64,000 nt of DNA. Source: Candidatus Omnitrophota bacterium (GTDB lineage: Bacteria > Omnitrophota > Omnitrophia > Omnitrophales > Aquincolibacteriaceae). The stretch spans positions 12,901 through 76,900 of the forward strand of contig DAOPYQ010000003.1 of the NCBI GenBank assembly GCA_035352955.1. The letters run 5' to 3'. How positions within the stretch are numbered: position 1 is the first letter of the stretch; every line of letters starts with the position of its first letter. The notes beneath the pieces are model-generated. The model was not told the origin of the DNA. It saw only the letters and a list, made by a program, of their open reading frames with translations, and ran no database searches. This document shows positions 49,084-57,985 of this stretch, in pieces. The position numbers and the translations under genes are program-made.

Positions 49084-49794
49084 TTATTCTGAGGGGGTCT
49101 TGTACTTCCGGGGCAGGATCCGGGCAATGATCTCGGCGAATGTTTTCCGGAGGGATTCGAGCGAAGACGGCGCCTTATCCTCCTCCAAAAGTTTCTGCTT
49201 CATGAGCTCGGCACCCGCCCACAGGGCCTTTTCATTGACGTAGATCAGGTCCTTGCGCAGCCCTTTGAACACTTTCCCGAGGACCTTCACGGCATGCCGC
49301 ATCTGGACGATCCCGGTCTTCTCGATCGCCGCGCCCAACATGATCATATTCGTGACCTTTTCGTTCCCCATATCTTTGGCCAGCTGCGTCGCCGGGATCT
49401 CGATCACCTGTCCCGTCGTATTCTTCCGGTCGACGTTGTGTACCAGGGACGAATCGACGAAAAGAACGCCGTCTTTACGCGTGGTCGTCTTGAATTTTTC
49501 GTAGGCTTCCTGGCTCAGCACGAACCCGAGCGTCGCCTCATTGATGATCGGACAGTCGATCTCCTCATCCGAGATGATCACAAAGCTGTGGGACGCCCCG
49601 CCGCGCACTTCGACGCCGTAGGAAACCATCCCGAGGATGTGCTTCCCTTCTTCAAGCGCCGCGTGGGCAAGGATATTCCCCGCCACCACCACGCCCTGTC
49701 CGCCGAACCCGGCCACAAATATTTTTTGTTCCATTCGATTGATTCCTATTTGTTCATCGTCCGCCGTTGCGAGACCTGATTCTTGCGAAAACAA
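49084..49794 (-). CDS. 2-oxoacid:ferredoxin oxidoreductase gamma subunit (Kor/Por/Vor family)
   Basis: 'KIFVAGFGGQGVVVAG' signature. Likely start MEQKIF at ~49734. Confidence 0.8.
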   Translation of the reverse strand: MFSQESGLATADDEQIGINRMEQKIFVAGFGGQGVVVAGNILAHAALEEGKHILGMVSYGVEVRGGASHSFVIISDEEIDCPIINEATLGFVLSQEAYEKFKTTTRKDGVLFVDSSLVHNVDRKNTTGQVIEIPATQLAKDMGNEKVTNMIMLGAAIEKTGIVQMRHAVKVLGKVFKGLRKDLIYVNEKALWAGAELMKQKLLEEDKAPSSLESLRKTFAEIIARILPRKYKTPSE

Positions 49795-49879
49795 GAATCA
49801 GGTCGAAGAATCTCGAGAAAAGATCCCTCTCTGTCCGGCAGGCAGACTTCGCAGCGCTCAGGATGACGCGCCACAACCT

Positions 49880-50614
49880 TTACACACTCGCATCCCGGAA
49901 CTTCCCCAAGGGGAAATGGCTCATCATCTCGTTGCCGACGAACTGGCAGGCTTCCTTGCCGCCCATCCTCCAATGCGTCGGACACATGGAAAGCACCTCC
50001 ACGAACGAGAATCCCTTTCCTTCGATCTGATTTAAAAAAGCCTTCCGGAGCGCCTGCTTCGTCCGCTCGACATGCGGGGCGTCGTGGACGGCGACCCGTT
50101 CGATATAAACCGGACGCGTCAATGTCGCCAGCATCTCGCAGATCTTGATCGGCGCGCCGGTCGTTCCCGCCATGCGCCCGTCCGGCGTCGTGACCGTTTT
50201 CTGCCCGATCAGCGTCGTCGGAGCCATCTGCCCGCCGGTCATGCCGTAAACGGCATTGTTGATGAAGATCATGGTCAGATTTTCGCCACGGTTCGCGCAA
50301 TGGATCGTTTCCGCCATGCCGATCGACAATAGGTCGCCGTCGCCGCCGTAGCCGAACACGATCTTGTCCGGCTGGACACGTTTGATCCCGGTCGCCACCG
50401 CGGGGATCCTTCCGTGAGGGCATTCGATAATGTCACAATTAAAATAATTATAGAGAAGGACCGCACACCCCACCGGGGCGGTCCCGATGGTCTTCTCACG
50501 GATCCCGAGATCATCGATCACCTGCGCCACCAAACGCTGGACGATCGCATGACCGCAGACCGGACAATAATGCATCCGAACGTTCCTGAGCGCCTTCTCA
50601 CCGAGATTTAACAT
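49880..50614 (-). CDS. 2-oxoacid:ferredoxin oxidoreductase beta subunit (TPP-binding)
   Basis: 'CPVCGH' and 'GYGGDGD' TPP motif. Confidence 0.85.
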   Translation of the reverse strand: MLNLGEKALRNVRMHYCPVCGHAIVQRLVAQVIDDLGIREKTIGTAPVGCAVLLYNYFNCDIIECPHGRIPAVATGIKRVQPDKIVFGYGGDGDLLSIGMAETIHCANRGENLTMIFINNAVYGMTGGQMAPTTLIGQKTVTTPDGRMAGTTGAPIKICEMLATLTRPVYIERVAVHDAPHVERTKQALRKAFLNQIEGKGFSFVEVLSMCPTHWRMGGKEACQFVGNEMMSHFPLGKFRDASV

Positions 50615-51699
50615 GACGCGATCTCCTTGATCCGCGCAAGCAGTTCCGCAGGCTTGGGATACCAGCCTCCGCCGCGGCCCATGAACTCAATCTTCGGGTC
50701 CACGGAGGTCGCGGGAATTCTCGCAAGCCGCACATCCTCGATCATCTGGCCCTGGCTCATTTCGACCACCAGAAGCTTCCGGCAATGCGCCGTAATCTTC
50801 CGGAGTTCGACGGCCGGGAACGGCCAAAGCGTGATCGGGCGGAAAAGTCCGACCTTCACACCAGCCTCCCGCGCGCGTTTCACGGCCCAATGAGCGATCC
50901 TCGCCGACGTCCCGTAAGCGATCACGGCGATCTCCGCATCCTCCCCGAAGCGGGTCTCGGAAAGCTGCGATTCCGCGGTGATCTTTTCATATTTCGCCGT
51001 AAGTTCCAGGTTCTTTTCTTCAAGCGCGTCTTTTTGCTGAAGATAAAGCGTCCGTATGACGTTGGGCTTCCGGCCCGCACACCCGGTGAGCGCCCACTCT
51101 TTCGGCATCGCCTTGGATTTCACAGGCTCTTTCAGCTCAATCGACTCCGCCATCTGCCCCAAAATTCCGTCCGCCAAAAGCATTACCGGATTGCGGTACC
51201 GGTCCCCCAGTTCGAACGCAAGGCATGTAAGATCATACATTTCCTGCACCGACCACGGCGCCAACACAATGAGACGGTAATCCCCGTGCCCGCCCCCGCG
51301 GGTCGCCTGAAAATAATCCGATTGAGAGCCCTGGATATTGCCGAGGCCCGGACCCCCGCGCATGACATTGGCAATGAGACAGGGGATCTGCGCCGCCGCG
51401 ATATAGGAGATCGCCTCCTGCATCAGGCTGATGCCGGGGCTCGACGACGAGGTCATAGCACGAACGCCCGTGGCCGCCGCACCGAAGATCATATTGATCG
51501 CGGCAAGCTCGGACTCGGCCTGGACAAAGACGCCGCCAGCTTCGGGAAGCCGTTTGGCAAGATATTCGCTGACCTCATTCTGGGGCGTGATCGGATAGCC
51601 CGCGTAAAAACGGCATCCGGCCCGCACCACGGCTTCCGCCATGGCCACGTTCCCCATCATAAGCACTTTTTCTTTTTCAACAGACGTCTTTGTTTTCAT
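50608..51699 (-). CDS. 2-oxoacid:ferredoxin oxidoreductase alpha subunit
   Basis: 'GNVAMAEAVVRAGCRFYAGYPITPQNEV' signature. Confidence 0.85.
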   Translation of the reverse strand: MKTKTSVEKEKVLMMGNVAMAEAVVRAGCRFYAGYPITPQNEVSEYLAKRLPEAGGVFVQAESELAAINMIFGAAATGVRAMTSSSSPGISLMQEAISYIAAAQIPCLIANVMRGGPGLGNIQGSQSDYFQATRGGGHGDYRLIVLAPWSVQEMYDLTCLAFELGDRYRNPVMLLADGILGQMAESIELKEPVKSKAMPKEWALTGCAGRKPNVIRTLYLQQKDALEEKNLELTAKYEKITAESQLSETRFGEDAEIAVIAYGTSARIAHWAVKRAREAGVKVGLFRPITLWPFPAVELRKITAHCRKLLVVEMSQGQMIEDVRLARIPATSVDPKIEFMGRGGGWYPKPAELLARIKEIASC

Positions 51700-51778
51700 A
51701 GGTTCTCGATTCTAACCGTTTTCCGCCCCAACGAAAACTTTTTTTATGCACTTCTTCCCCGCCCGGAGCCGCCGAAGC
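51700..51778 (-). promoter_or_regulatory. Putative sigma70-like promoter of the oxidoreductase operon
   Basis: Minus strand has 'gttttcgttggggcggaaaacggttagaat' (-35-like, ~17-18 nt spacer, TAGAAT) upstream of the alpha-subunit start. Confidence 0.25.
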
Positions 51779-53566
51779 CTAACGCAGCCTGTAGATCTCG
51801 ATCGTATAACCATTCCGCTCGCGAGCAATAATGTCCTTCCAACGGAACGGTCCTCCGGTCAAGATGATCCCGTCGAACGCCGGTTCAACCCGCCCGTCAC
51901 GAAAGGGTGAAATAGCCTGAACAAGAACCGCTTTATTTTTCAGCTCAATCGCAAAAGGATCCCGTTCCGTTCCCGGCGTAACCGCCGTCACCACATATTG
52001 GAACCCTTCCGCCCGAAGGGTCGGGAGATCGCGAAGGACCCCCGGTTCCGCAAAGAAGAACCGCGAAGCGCGCGGTTCGGCCGTCAGGAATCCGAGACGG
52101 TAAAACGGCCCTCGCGTCCTGCCAAGATACGCATCAACGCGACGTTTCTGAATTCCGCTCGCATTCTCTTTTTTAGCTTCCAGTTGTGCTGGCGTGAACG
52201 CGAGCCGCGGCACATGAAATTCCTGATCGATCGCAACCGCACTTCCTCCGGGGATATTCCTTTCGATCCATTCCTTCGCAAGCGTCCGGGTATCGGGCCG
52301 GGCCATAAGCCGGTCCCACATCAAAATCTTCGCCAGCGGCGGGAAAGCAACGAGCACGATCAACCCTGCGAACAAGAGAGGTCTCACCCCTTCCAGCCTC
52401 CCTCCCTTTGTCCCGCGCTCCCCGAGATCAGCCCCGGGCGTTAAACGCCGGTTGATCGCTCCCACCATGTCCGCCAACGCAATGCACAGGAACGGGATCA
52501 ACGGAAGAACATACCGATCATACGGCTGGCCCCATTTCACGAGGACCAGAAAGTAACCGGCAACAAAAAGGACCATGGCTTCCGCAACCGGCTTCCGGGA
52601 AAACGCCATCCGGACACCGCCGAGTACCGCTCCGGCAAGTCCGATCGCTCCCATAGCGCCGGTCAAGGAATACCGGAAGTGATGGAAAAAAGGCATTCCC
52701 CCGCTGTTCGAAGCCTTTTGTTCAAGGATCTCTTTGATGAAAAATCCGTGATCCAAAAGCGCGTAAGGGTTCAGCGCAAGGAATGTCACGGCAGACCCCA
52801 CGCCAGCCGCAAGCCAAGCGGTGAGCCACTTCGAAGGCGGGACGGTGCGGAGGCATATCCAGACATATGGAACCGCCAGGAAAATGCCGTTGTATTTCAC
52901 CGCCGCCGCAAGTCCGATCATCACGCCGGAAAGCCAATGAACCCCGGCTCCTTCAGGACCCGTCCCCTCCTCGCATTGAACTCCGGGAGCCGAATTTCCG
53001 GGAATGCGCAGAAAAACGCCCATCCCCGACACCAAAACCAAAAGAAGCGGGATGTCCGTATAAAGATAGTGCGAATCGCGAGCGTGAAGAAAATTAACGG
53101 CCAGAAACAGCGCCGCCAGAAGCGCCTGCTCCGCGTCCCGGAACCGTTTCACCAGACGATACAACGCCCCAACCGTCGCAGTCCCGAGCAGAACACCGAA
53201 GACGCCGCGCGCGATCAGATAAAAAACGGACGGATCGAGATAAAAAAGCGTTTCAAGATCACGAACCGAGTGAAAATAGCCGGTCCCTAACCCCACGGCA
53301 TAAAAGATCCCGTAGCAGACAAAGAGCAAATAACTGACAAGCGGCGGGATATTGAAAAAATGCGGGTTCAGATCGCCCGAACCGTACGCAAGCGCGTGGT
53401 TGACCACGACCGGTTCATCCGCGTGGTAAAGATACGGAAGGCCGAAACCGACGCCCCAGACCCGCACGGCAAAGGCCAGCCCCAAAATTCCCAAAAGGAG
53501 AAGACCGTCACGCGTCCAGCGTCCCTCAATGTTGCGCATCATATCCGAAACCATACTTTCCCCCAC
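51779..53566 (-). CDS. GT-C fold membrane glycosyltransferase family 39 (ArnT/PMT-like)
   Basis: 'YHADEPVVVNHALAY' DE-loop motif, polytopic, 595 aa. Confidence 0.65.
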   Translation of the reverse strand: MGESMVSDMMRNIEGRWTRDGLLLLGILGLAFAVRVWGVGFGLPYLYHADEPVVVNHALAYGSGDLNPHFFNIPPLVSYLLFVCYGIFYAVGLGTGYFHSVRDLETLFYLDPSVFYLIARGVFGVLLGTATVGALYRLVKRFRDAEQALLAALFLAVNFLHARDSHYLYTDIPLLLVLVSGMGVFLRIPGNSAPGVQCEEGTGPEGAGVHWLSGVMIGLAAAVKYNGIFLAVPYVWICLRTVPPSKWLTAWLAAGVGSAVTFLALNPYALLDHGFFIKEILEQKASNSGGMPFFHHFRYSLTGAMGAIGLAGAVLGGVRMAFSRKPVAEAMVLFVAGYFLVLVKWGQPYDRYVLPLIPFLCIALADMVGAINRRLTPGADLGERGTKGGRLEGVRPLLFAGLIVLVAFPPLAKILMWDRLMARPDTRTLAKEWIERNIPGGSAVAIDQEFHVPRLAFTPAQLEAKKENASGIQKRRVDAYLGRTRGPFYRLGFLTAEPRASRFFFAEPGVLRDLPTLRAEGFQYVVTAVTPGTERDPFAIELKNKAVLVQAISPFRDGRVEPAFDGIILTGGPFRWKDIIARERNGYTIEIYRLR

Positions 53567-53624
53567 TAAAAGGAAGCCCCTGCGAAAAACTCGTCGGACA
53601 TCGTGCGAGGTAGCCCCAGGGCTA

Positions 53625-54344
53625 TCACTTGGAATGGAGCCGCCGGATCTTCAGAACGTCGAGAAACATCACGAAAGGATCGCGGAGCACCCTCACGCGA
53701 CTTTGCGAGGAGTTGCGCCAGATCACCGGAAGCTCCAGGACCCGGTAACCCAACTTTTGGGCCAGGAAAAGGATCTCGACATCAAAGCTGAATCCGTCGA
53801 GTTTCTGCATGCCAAAAAGCCTGTGCGCCGCCTCCTTGCGGAACCCCTTGAATCCGCACTGCGAATCCCGGATCCCCCGAAACGCGAACATACAGGCAAT
53901 GCGATTGAAGACTTTCCCCATCGTTTCGCGGAGAAAATTCTGATGGACCTCAACCCTGGAGTCCGGGAGATCGCGGGAAGCGATCACGACGTCCTGGTCT
54001 TTTTCAAGCCGCGCAAGGAAACGCACCACTTCTTCGATCGGCGTAGAAAGGTCCGCGTCCGTAAAAAGAACGTATTCCCCTGTCGCCGCAAGCATTCCCC
54101 TGCGGACCGCGCTTCCCTTCCCGCCATTTCGCGTAACGGTCAGGACCTGATGCGGGAACCCAGCCAATTTCTCGCGCGCGAGCGCAACCGTGCGGTCCTG
54201 ACTTCCGTCGTCGGAAACGATGATCTCGGAAGCGTAGGACTGCCGTTCGAGGAAAGCAAGTACCGAATCCAGGCTCTGAGGAAGACGCTTTTCCTCGTTG
54301 AAGGCGGGGATGACAACGGAAAGATACGGGGCTGCCGTCGCCAT
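53625..54344 (-). CDS. GT2 polyprenol-phosphate sugar synthase (DPM1/dolichyl-P-glucose synthase-like), soluble
   Basis: 'LSVVIPAFNEEKRL', 'VSDDGSQDRT', 'FTDADLSTP' motifs. Confidence 0.8.
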   Translation of the reverse strand: MATAAPYLSVVIPAFNEEKRLPQSLDSVLAFLERQSYASEIIVSDDGSQDRTVALAREKLAGFPHQVLTVTRNGGKGSAVRRGMLAATGEYVLFTDADLSTPIEEVVRFLARLEKDQDVVIASRDLPDSRVEVHQNFLRETMGKVFNRIACMFAFRGIRDSQCGFKGFRKEAAHRLFGMQKLDGFSFDVEILFLAQKLGYRVLELPVIWRNSSQSRVRVLRDPFVMFLDVLKIRRLHSK

Positions 54345-54345
54345 A

Positions 54346-55293
54346 TCAGACCCCGAGCATTTCCCTAAAATACGCGGCCGTACGCTTCAGACCTTCTTCA
54401 AGCGAGACCGAAGGTTCCCAGGAAAGATACTTCCTGGCTTTGGCAATGTCTGGCTGGCGGACCTTCGGGTCGTCCACCGGAAGATCTTTATGCTCGATCC
54501 CGCTCCGGCTGCCCGTGGCCTTGATCACCCTTTTCGCAAGATCAAGCATCGAGATCTCTTCCGGATTCCCAACGTTCACCGGCTCGTTGATACCGGACAA
54601 GAGCAGTTTTTCGATCCCGTTCACCATGTCGTCAATATAACAAAGGCTGCGCGTCTGCCGGCCGTCCCCAAAAACCGTCAAAGACTTTCCCGTCAGGGCC
54701 TGGGAGAAAAACGCCGGGATCGCGCGACCGTCGCGGAGCCGCATCCGGGGCCCGTACGTATTAAAAATACGGATGATCCGGGTGTCCACCTGATGCGTCC
54801 TGTAATAGGCCATGGTCATGGCCTCCGCGAAACGCTTGGCCTCGTCATACACGCCCCGGGGGCCGATGGGGTTCACATTCCCCCAGTAGCTTTCCGGCTG
54901 CGGATGGATCAGGGGATCCCCGTAAACTTCGGAAGTGGACGCAAGTAAAAACACCGCTTTTTTCTCTTTGGCCAGCCCGAGGGCATTATGCGTTCCGAGG
55001 GCGCCAACTTTGAGCGTCTGGATGGGAAATTCGAGATAATCAAGCGGACTGGCCGGTGAAGCAAAATGAAGGATATAGTGGACCGGCCCCGGAATATCGA
55101 TGTACTGGCAAACATTATGCCGGACCAGCTCGAAAGCAGGATTTTTCTCAAGAGGCGCGATGTTCTTTTCGTTCCCGGTAAGGAAATTATCAACCGCGAT
55201 CACCCGGCACCCGCGCTCAAGAAAGCGCTCACAAAGATGGGACCCGAGGAAACCGCCGCCCCCGGTAACAAGACAAACCTTTTTTTCGGACAT
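54346..55293 (-). CDS. UDP-glucuronate decarboxylase (UDP-xylose synthase, SDR family)
   Basis: '[15 protein letters not shown]', 'YDEAKR', '[19 protein letters not shown]' motifs. Confidence 0.8.
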   Translation of the reverse strand: MSEKKVCLVTGGGGFLGSHLCERFLERGCRVIAVDNFLTGNEKNIAPLEKNPAFELVRHNVCQYIDIPGPVHYILHFASPASPLDYLEFPIQTLKVGALGTHNALGLAKEKKAVFLLASTSEVYGDPLIHPQPESYWGNVNPIGPRGVYDEAKRFAEAMTMAYYRTHQVDTRIIRIFNTYGPRMRLRDGRAIPAFFSQALTGKSLTVFGDGRQTRSLCYIDDMVNGIEKLLLSGINEPVNVGNPEEISMLDLAKRVIKATGSRSGIEHKDLPVDDPKVRQPDIAKARKYLSWEPSVSLEEGLKRTAAYFREMLGV

Positions 55294-56273
55294 CAGGGCT
55301 CATTCTCCTTCGCGGCCGCCTCGGCCGTCTGTTTCGACTCGAGCGCAAGCTTTTCTTCTTTCCACTCCGAAAGAAATTCGCGCGCGGCTTCTTCCCAGGA
55401 CCGGAGTTGAAGGCCCAAAACGGATCCGCTCTTTTCAAGCGACAGGACAGAATTAAGTGGCCGGGGCGCCGGCCTCGTCAACTGGGTGCTCGGAATGTCC
55501 TCGACCTTCACCTGATCGAGACCCGACTCTTTTACAATAAACCTAGCAAAATCCGCCCAGTTCACCGTCCCCGAGTTCCCCAAATGGAAGATCTGCCGGT
55601 CGCGGGCGAACACCACTTCTTTTTTCGCGAGAAGTAGCTGGCGCATCGCCTGGGCCACATCCCGGGTATACGTCGGCCGGCCGGTCTGGTCATTCACAAC
55701 GGTCATTTTTTTTACCTCCGCGGCCTGGCACAGGATCGCTTTCGGAAAACAGCGCCCGTAGACACCGAACAGCCACGTGATACGGAAGATCAGCGCGCGG
55801 GAGGCCTTTTCCATCAAATACCGCTCGGCGCGGAGCTTCGTCTCACCGTAAAAATTCACGGGGTCCGGAACGTCCGTTTCAAGATACTCCCCCTTTTTCG
55901 AGCCCCGGAACACATAGTCCGTGCTGTAAAAGATGACCGGGGCATCGATCTCATGGGAAGCGTCGACGATATTCTTGGTGGCCTCAAAATTATGCTCCAG
56001 GGCCTCCTCGTGATGCTCCTCACAATAATCCACGTCGGTCAGCGCCGCCGTGTGAATCACCACCGCGGGCCGGTGGTCCAGGATCGCGTCGCGCGTCTTC
56101 CGCGCCTGGGTGAGGTCGCAAAGGTCATGGGGTACCGTCAGATGGGTCACGCGGCGTTTCTCAAGCCCTACGATCTCGAAGTCCCCCTTCAGGGCCTTCG
56201 CAAGATCGGTCCCGAGCATTCCGCCGACCCCCGTGATAAGGATCTTGGGACGGTCCTGGGTCGTCATGGTCAT
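55293..56273 (-). CDS. rfbD: dTDP-4-dehydrorhamnose reductase
   Basis: '[12 protein letters not shown]', 'STDYVFRG', 'YGETKL' motifs, with a ~70-aa charged C-terminal extension. Confidence 0.8.
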   Translation of the reverse strand: MTMTTQDRPKILITGVGGMLGTDLAKALKGDFEIVGLEKRRVTHLTVPHDLCDLTQARKTRDAILDHRPAVVIHTAALTDVDYCEEHHEEALEHNFEATKNIVDASHEIDAPVIFYSTDYVFRGSKKGEYLETDVPDPVNFYGETKLRAERYLMEKASRALIFRITWLFGVYGRCFPKAILCQAAEVKKMTVVNDQTGRPTYTRDVAQAMRQLLLAKKEVVFARDRQIFHLGNSGTVNWADFARFIVKESGLDQVKVEDIPSTQLTRPAPRPLNSVLSLEKSGSVLGLQLRSWEEAAREFLSEWKEEKLALESKQTAEAAAKENEP

Positions 56274-57373
56274 TTCACCGTGTATTTGTCTTTTTTAAGA
56301 CGCTGCCACCAACCGGTGTTCTCCCGATACCACTTCACCGTCGCAGCCAATCCCCTGGTAAAATCCCAACGTGTCTTGAACCCGAGCTTCTTGAGCTTGT
56401 TGTAATTGAGCGCGTAACGGAGGTCATGTCCTAAACGGTCCGGCACATAACGGATCATTTCCTTGCCTTTCCCGAAATATTTCAGGATCGCCTTCGTAAG
56501 TTCGAGGTTGCTCATTTCATGATGCGCCCCGACGTTATAGATCTCTCCCGCCTTCCCTTTTTCGAGGACCAACAGGACCGCCCGACAGGCGTCTTCGACA
56601 AAGATCCAGTCCCGGCGGTTCTTCCCGTTCCCGTAAAGCGGCACGGTCTTCCCCGCGAGAAGGTTCGTCACAAAAAGCGGGATGACCTTTTCGGGAAACT
56701 GATAGGGCCCGTAATTGTTCGTGCACCGGACGATCATGGCCGGATGACCGAAGGTCTCCTGGAAGGACCGGACCAGCAGGTCCGCGCCGGTTTTAGAAGC
56801 AGCATACGGGCTGTTCGGCAAAAGCCTCGCCTGTTCGTCCACAAACCCTCTTTTGATCGACCCGTAAACTTCATCCGTCGACATGTGCACATAACGTTTG
56901 ATGCCGCAGGCAAGCGACGCCTCGAGCATCGATGAGGTCCCGAGGATATTGGTCGTCAGGAACTCATCCGCGCTCTCGATCGAACGGTCGACGTGGGTTT
57001 CCGCCGCAAAATGCACCACCGCCGCAGCTCTTTTCATAAGGGAAAGGACAAGTTTCTTGTCCGTAATGTCCCCTTTGACGAACTCGTAACGGGGGGACTT
57101 CGCAAAATCCCGAAGATTCTCGGGATTCCCAGAATAGCTGAGTTTGTCGAGATTGATCACACCCCATCCTGGGCGGTTCTTGAGAAAATAGCGGATAAAA
57201 TTAGACCCGATGAACCCGCAACCGCCGGTCACTAAAAGTCTTTTCATGTGTGTTTGTACCTCTCCTGCCGGGCCACCAGCATATTCGCGCGATGAAGCGA
57301 CTCGAACGTTCCGGCGTCGGTCCAGTAGCCCTTCAGCACGTCGTATTCCAACGCGCCGCGCTTCAGGTACCAA
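56270..57373 (-). CDS. rfbB: dTDP-glucose 4,6-dehydratase
   Basis: 'LLVTGGCGFIGSNF', 'STDEVYG', 'YAASK' motifs. True start is likely MKRLL at 57244 (ATGA overlap with rfbA). Confidence 0.9.
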   Translation of the reverse strand: MVPEARRVGIRRAEGLLDRRRNVRVASSREYAGGPAGEVQTHMKRLLVTGGCGFIGSNFIRYFLKNRPGWGVINLDKLSYSGNPENLRDFAKSPRYEFVKGDITDKKLVLSLMKRAAAVVHFAAETHVDRSIESADEFLTTNILGTSSMLEASLACGIKRYVHMSTDEVYGSIKRGFVDEQARLLPNSPYAASKTGADLLVRSFQETFGHPAMIVRCTNNYGPYQFPEKVIPLFVTNLLAGKTVPLYGNGKNRRDWIFVEDACRAVLLVLEKGKAGEIYNVGAHHEMSNLELTKAILKYFGKGKEMIRYVPDRLGHDLRYALNYNKLKKLGFKTRWDFTRGLAATVKWYRENTGWWQRLKKDKYTVK

Positions 57374-57975
57374 TTGTTCACATCCGTGATCTCGAGTTCG
57401 CCGCGGCGCGAGGGCTTCAGCGTCTTGATATAATCAAAAACGTCGGCATCGTAAAGATAGATCCCCACGACGGCAAAACAACTTTTCGGCTTTTTGGGTT
57501 TCTCGACGATCTCCGTGATCTTCGGGCCCTTCAAGGTCGCCACCCCGAACCGCTCCGGGTCCGGAACCTTCTTGAGCAGCAACCGAGCGCCGGCCCCCTG
57601 AGCTTCAAACGCCCGGACCGAAGCACTGATGTCGTCCTGGATGATGTTGTCGCCGAGAATCACCACAATTTTATCCCGTGCCGCAAAATGCTCGGCAAGC
57701 CCCAGCGCCTGGGCGATCCCGCCTTCGCCCTCCTGGTAGGTGTAGTTGATATGTTTCAGGCCGAACTGCTTGCCGTTGCCGAGAAGTTTCAGGAAATCCC
57801 CCGAGGAATTTCCGCCCGTCACGACCAGGATGTCGCGGATGCCCGCCTTCACGAGGGTCTCGATCGGATAGTAGATCATGGGCTTGTGATAGACCGGCAG
57901 GAGATGCTTGTTGGTGACCTTGGTCAACGGATGCAGCCGACTGCCAAGGCCGCCAGCGAGAATAACGCCTTTCAT
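57244..57975 (-). CDS. rfbA: Glucose-1-phosphate thymidylyltransferase (short-form RmlA-like nucleotidyltransferase)
   Basis: 'MKGVILAGGLGSRLHPLT' signature. Confidence 0.8.
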   Translation of the reverse strand: MKGVILAGGLGSRLHPLTKVTNKHLLPVYHKPMIYYPIETLVKAGIRDILVVTGGNSSGDFLKLLGNGKQFGLKHINYTYQEGEGGIAQALGLAEHFAARDKIVVILGDNIIQDDISASVRAFEAQGAGARLLLKKVPDPERFGVATLKGPKITEIVEKPKKPKSCFAVVGIYLYDADVFDYIKTLKPSRRGELEITDVNNWYLKRGALEYDVLKGYWTDAGTFESLHRANMLVARQERYKHT

Positions 57976-57985
57976 GGTTCCTCCT

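Noticed and set aside
49746-50423. 225-aa and other alternative-frame ORFs within the oxidoreductase beta-subunit gene
   Set aside because: They overlap a gene with clear TPP-binding motifs. Their Arg/Asp-rich composition is typical of an off-frame reading.
50785-51831. 348-aa plus-strand ORF
   Set aside because: It is antisense to the oxidoreductase alpha subunit, which has a canonical signature. The ORF is Arg-rich low-complexity sequence.
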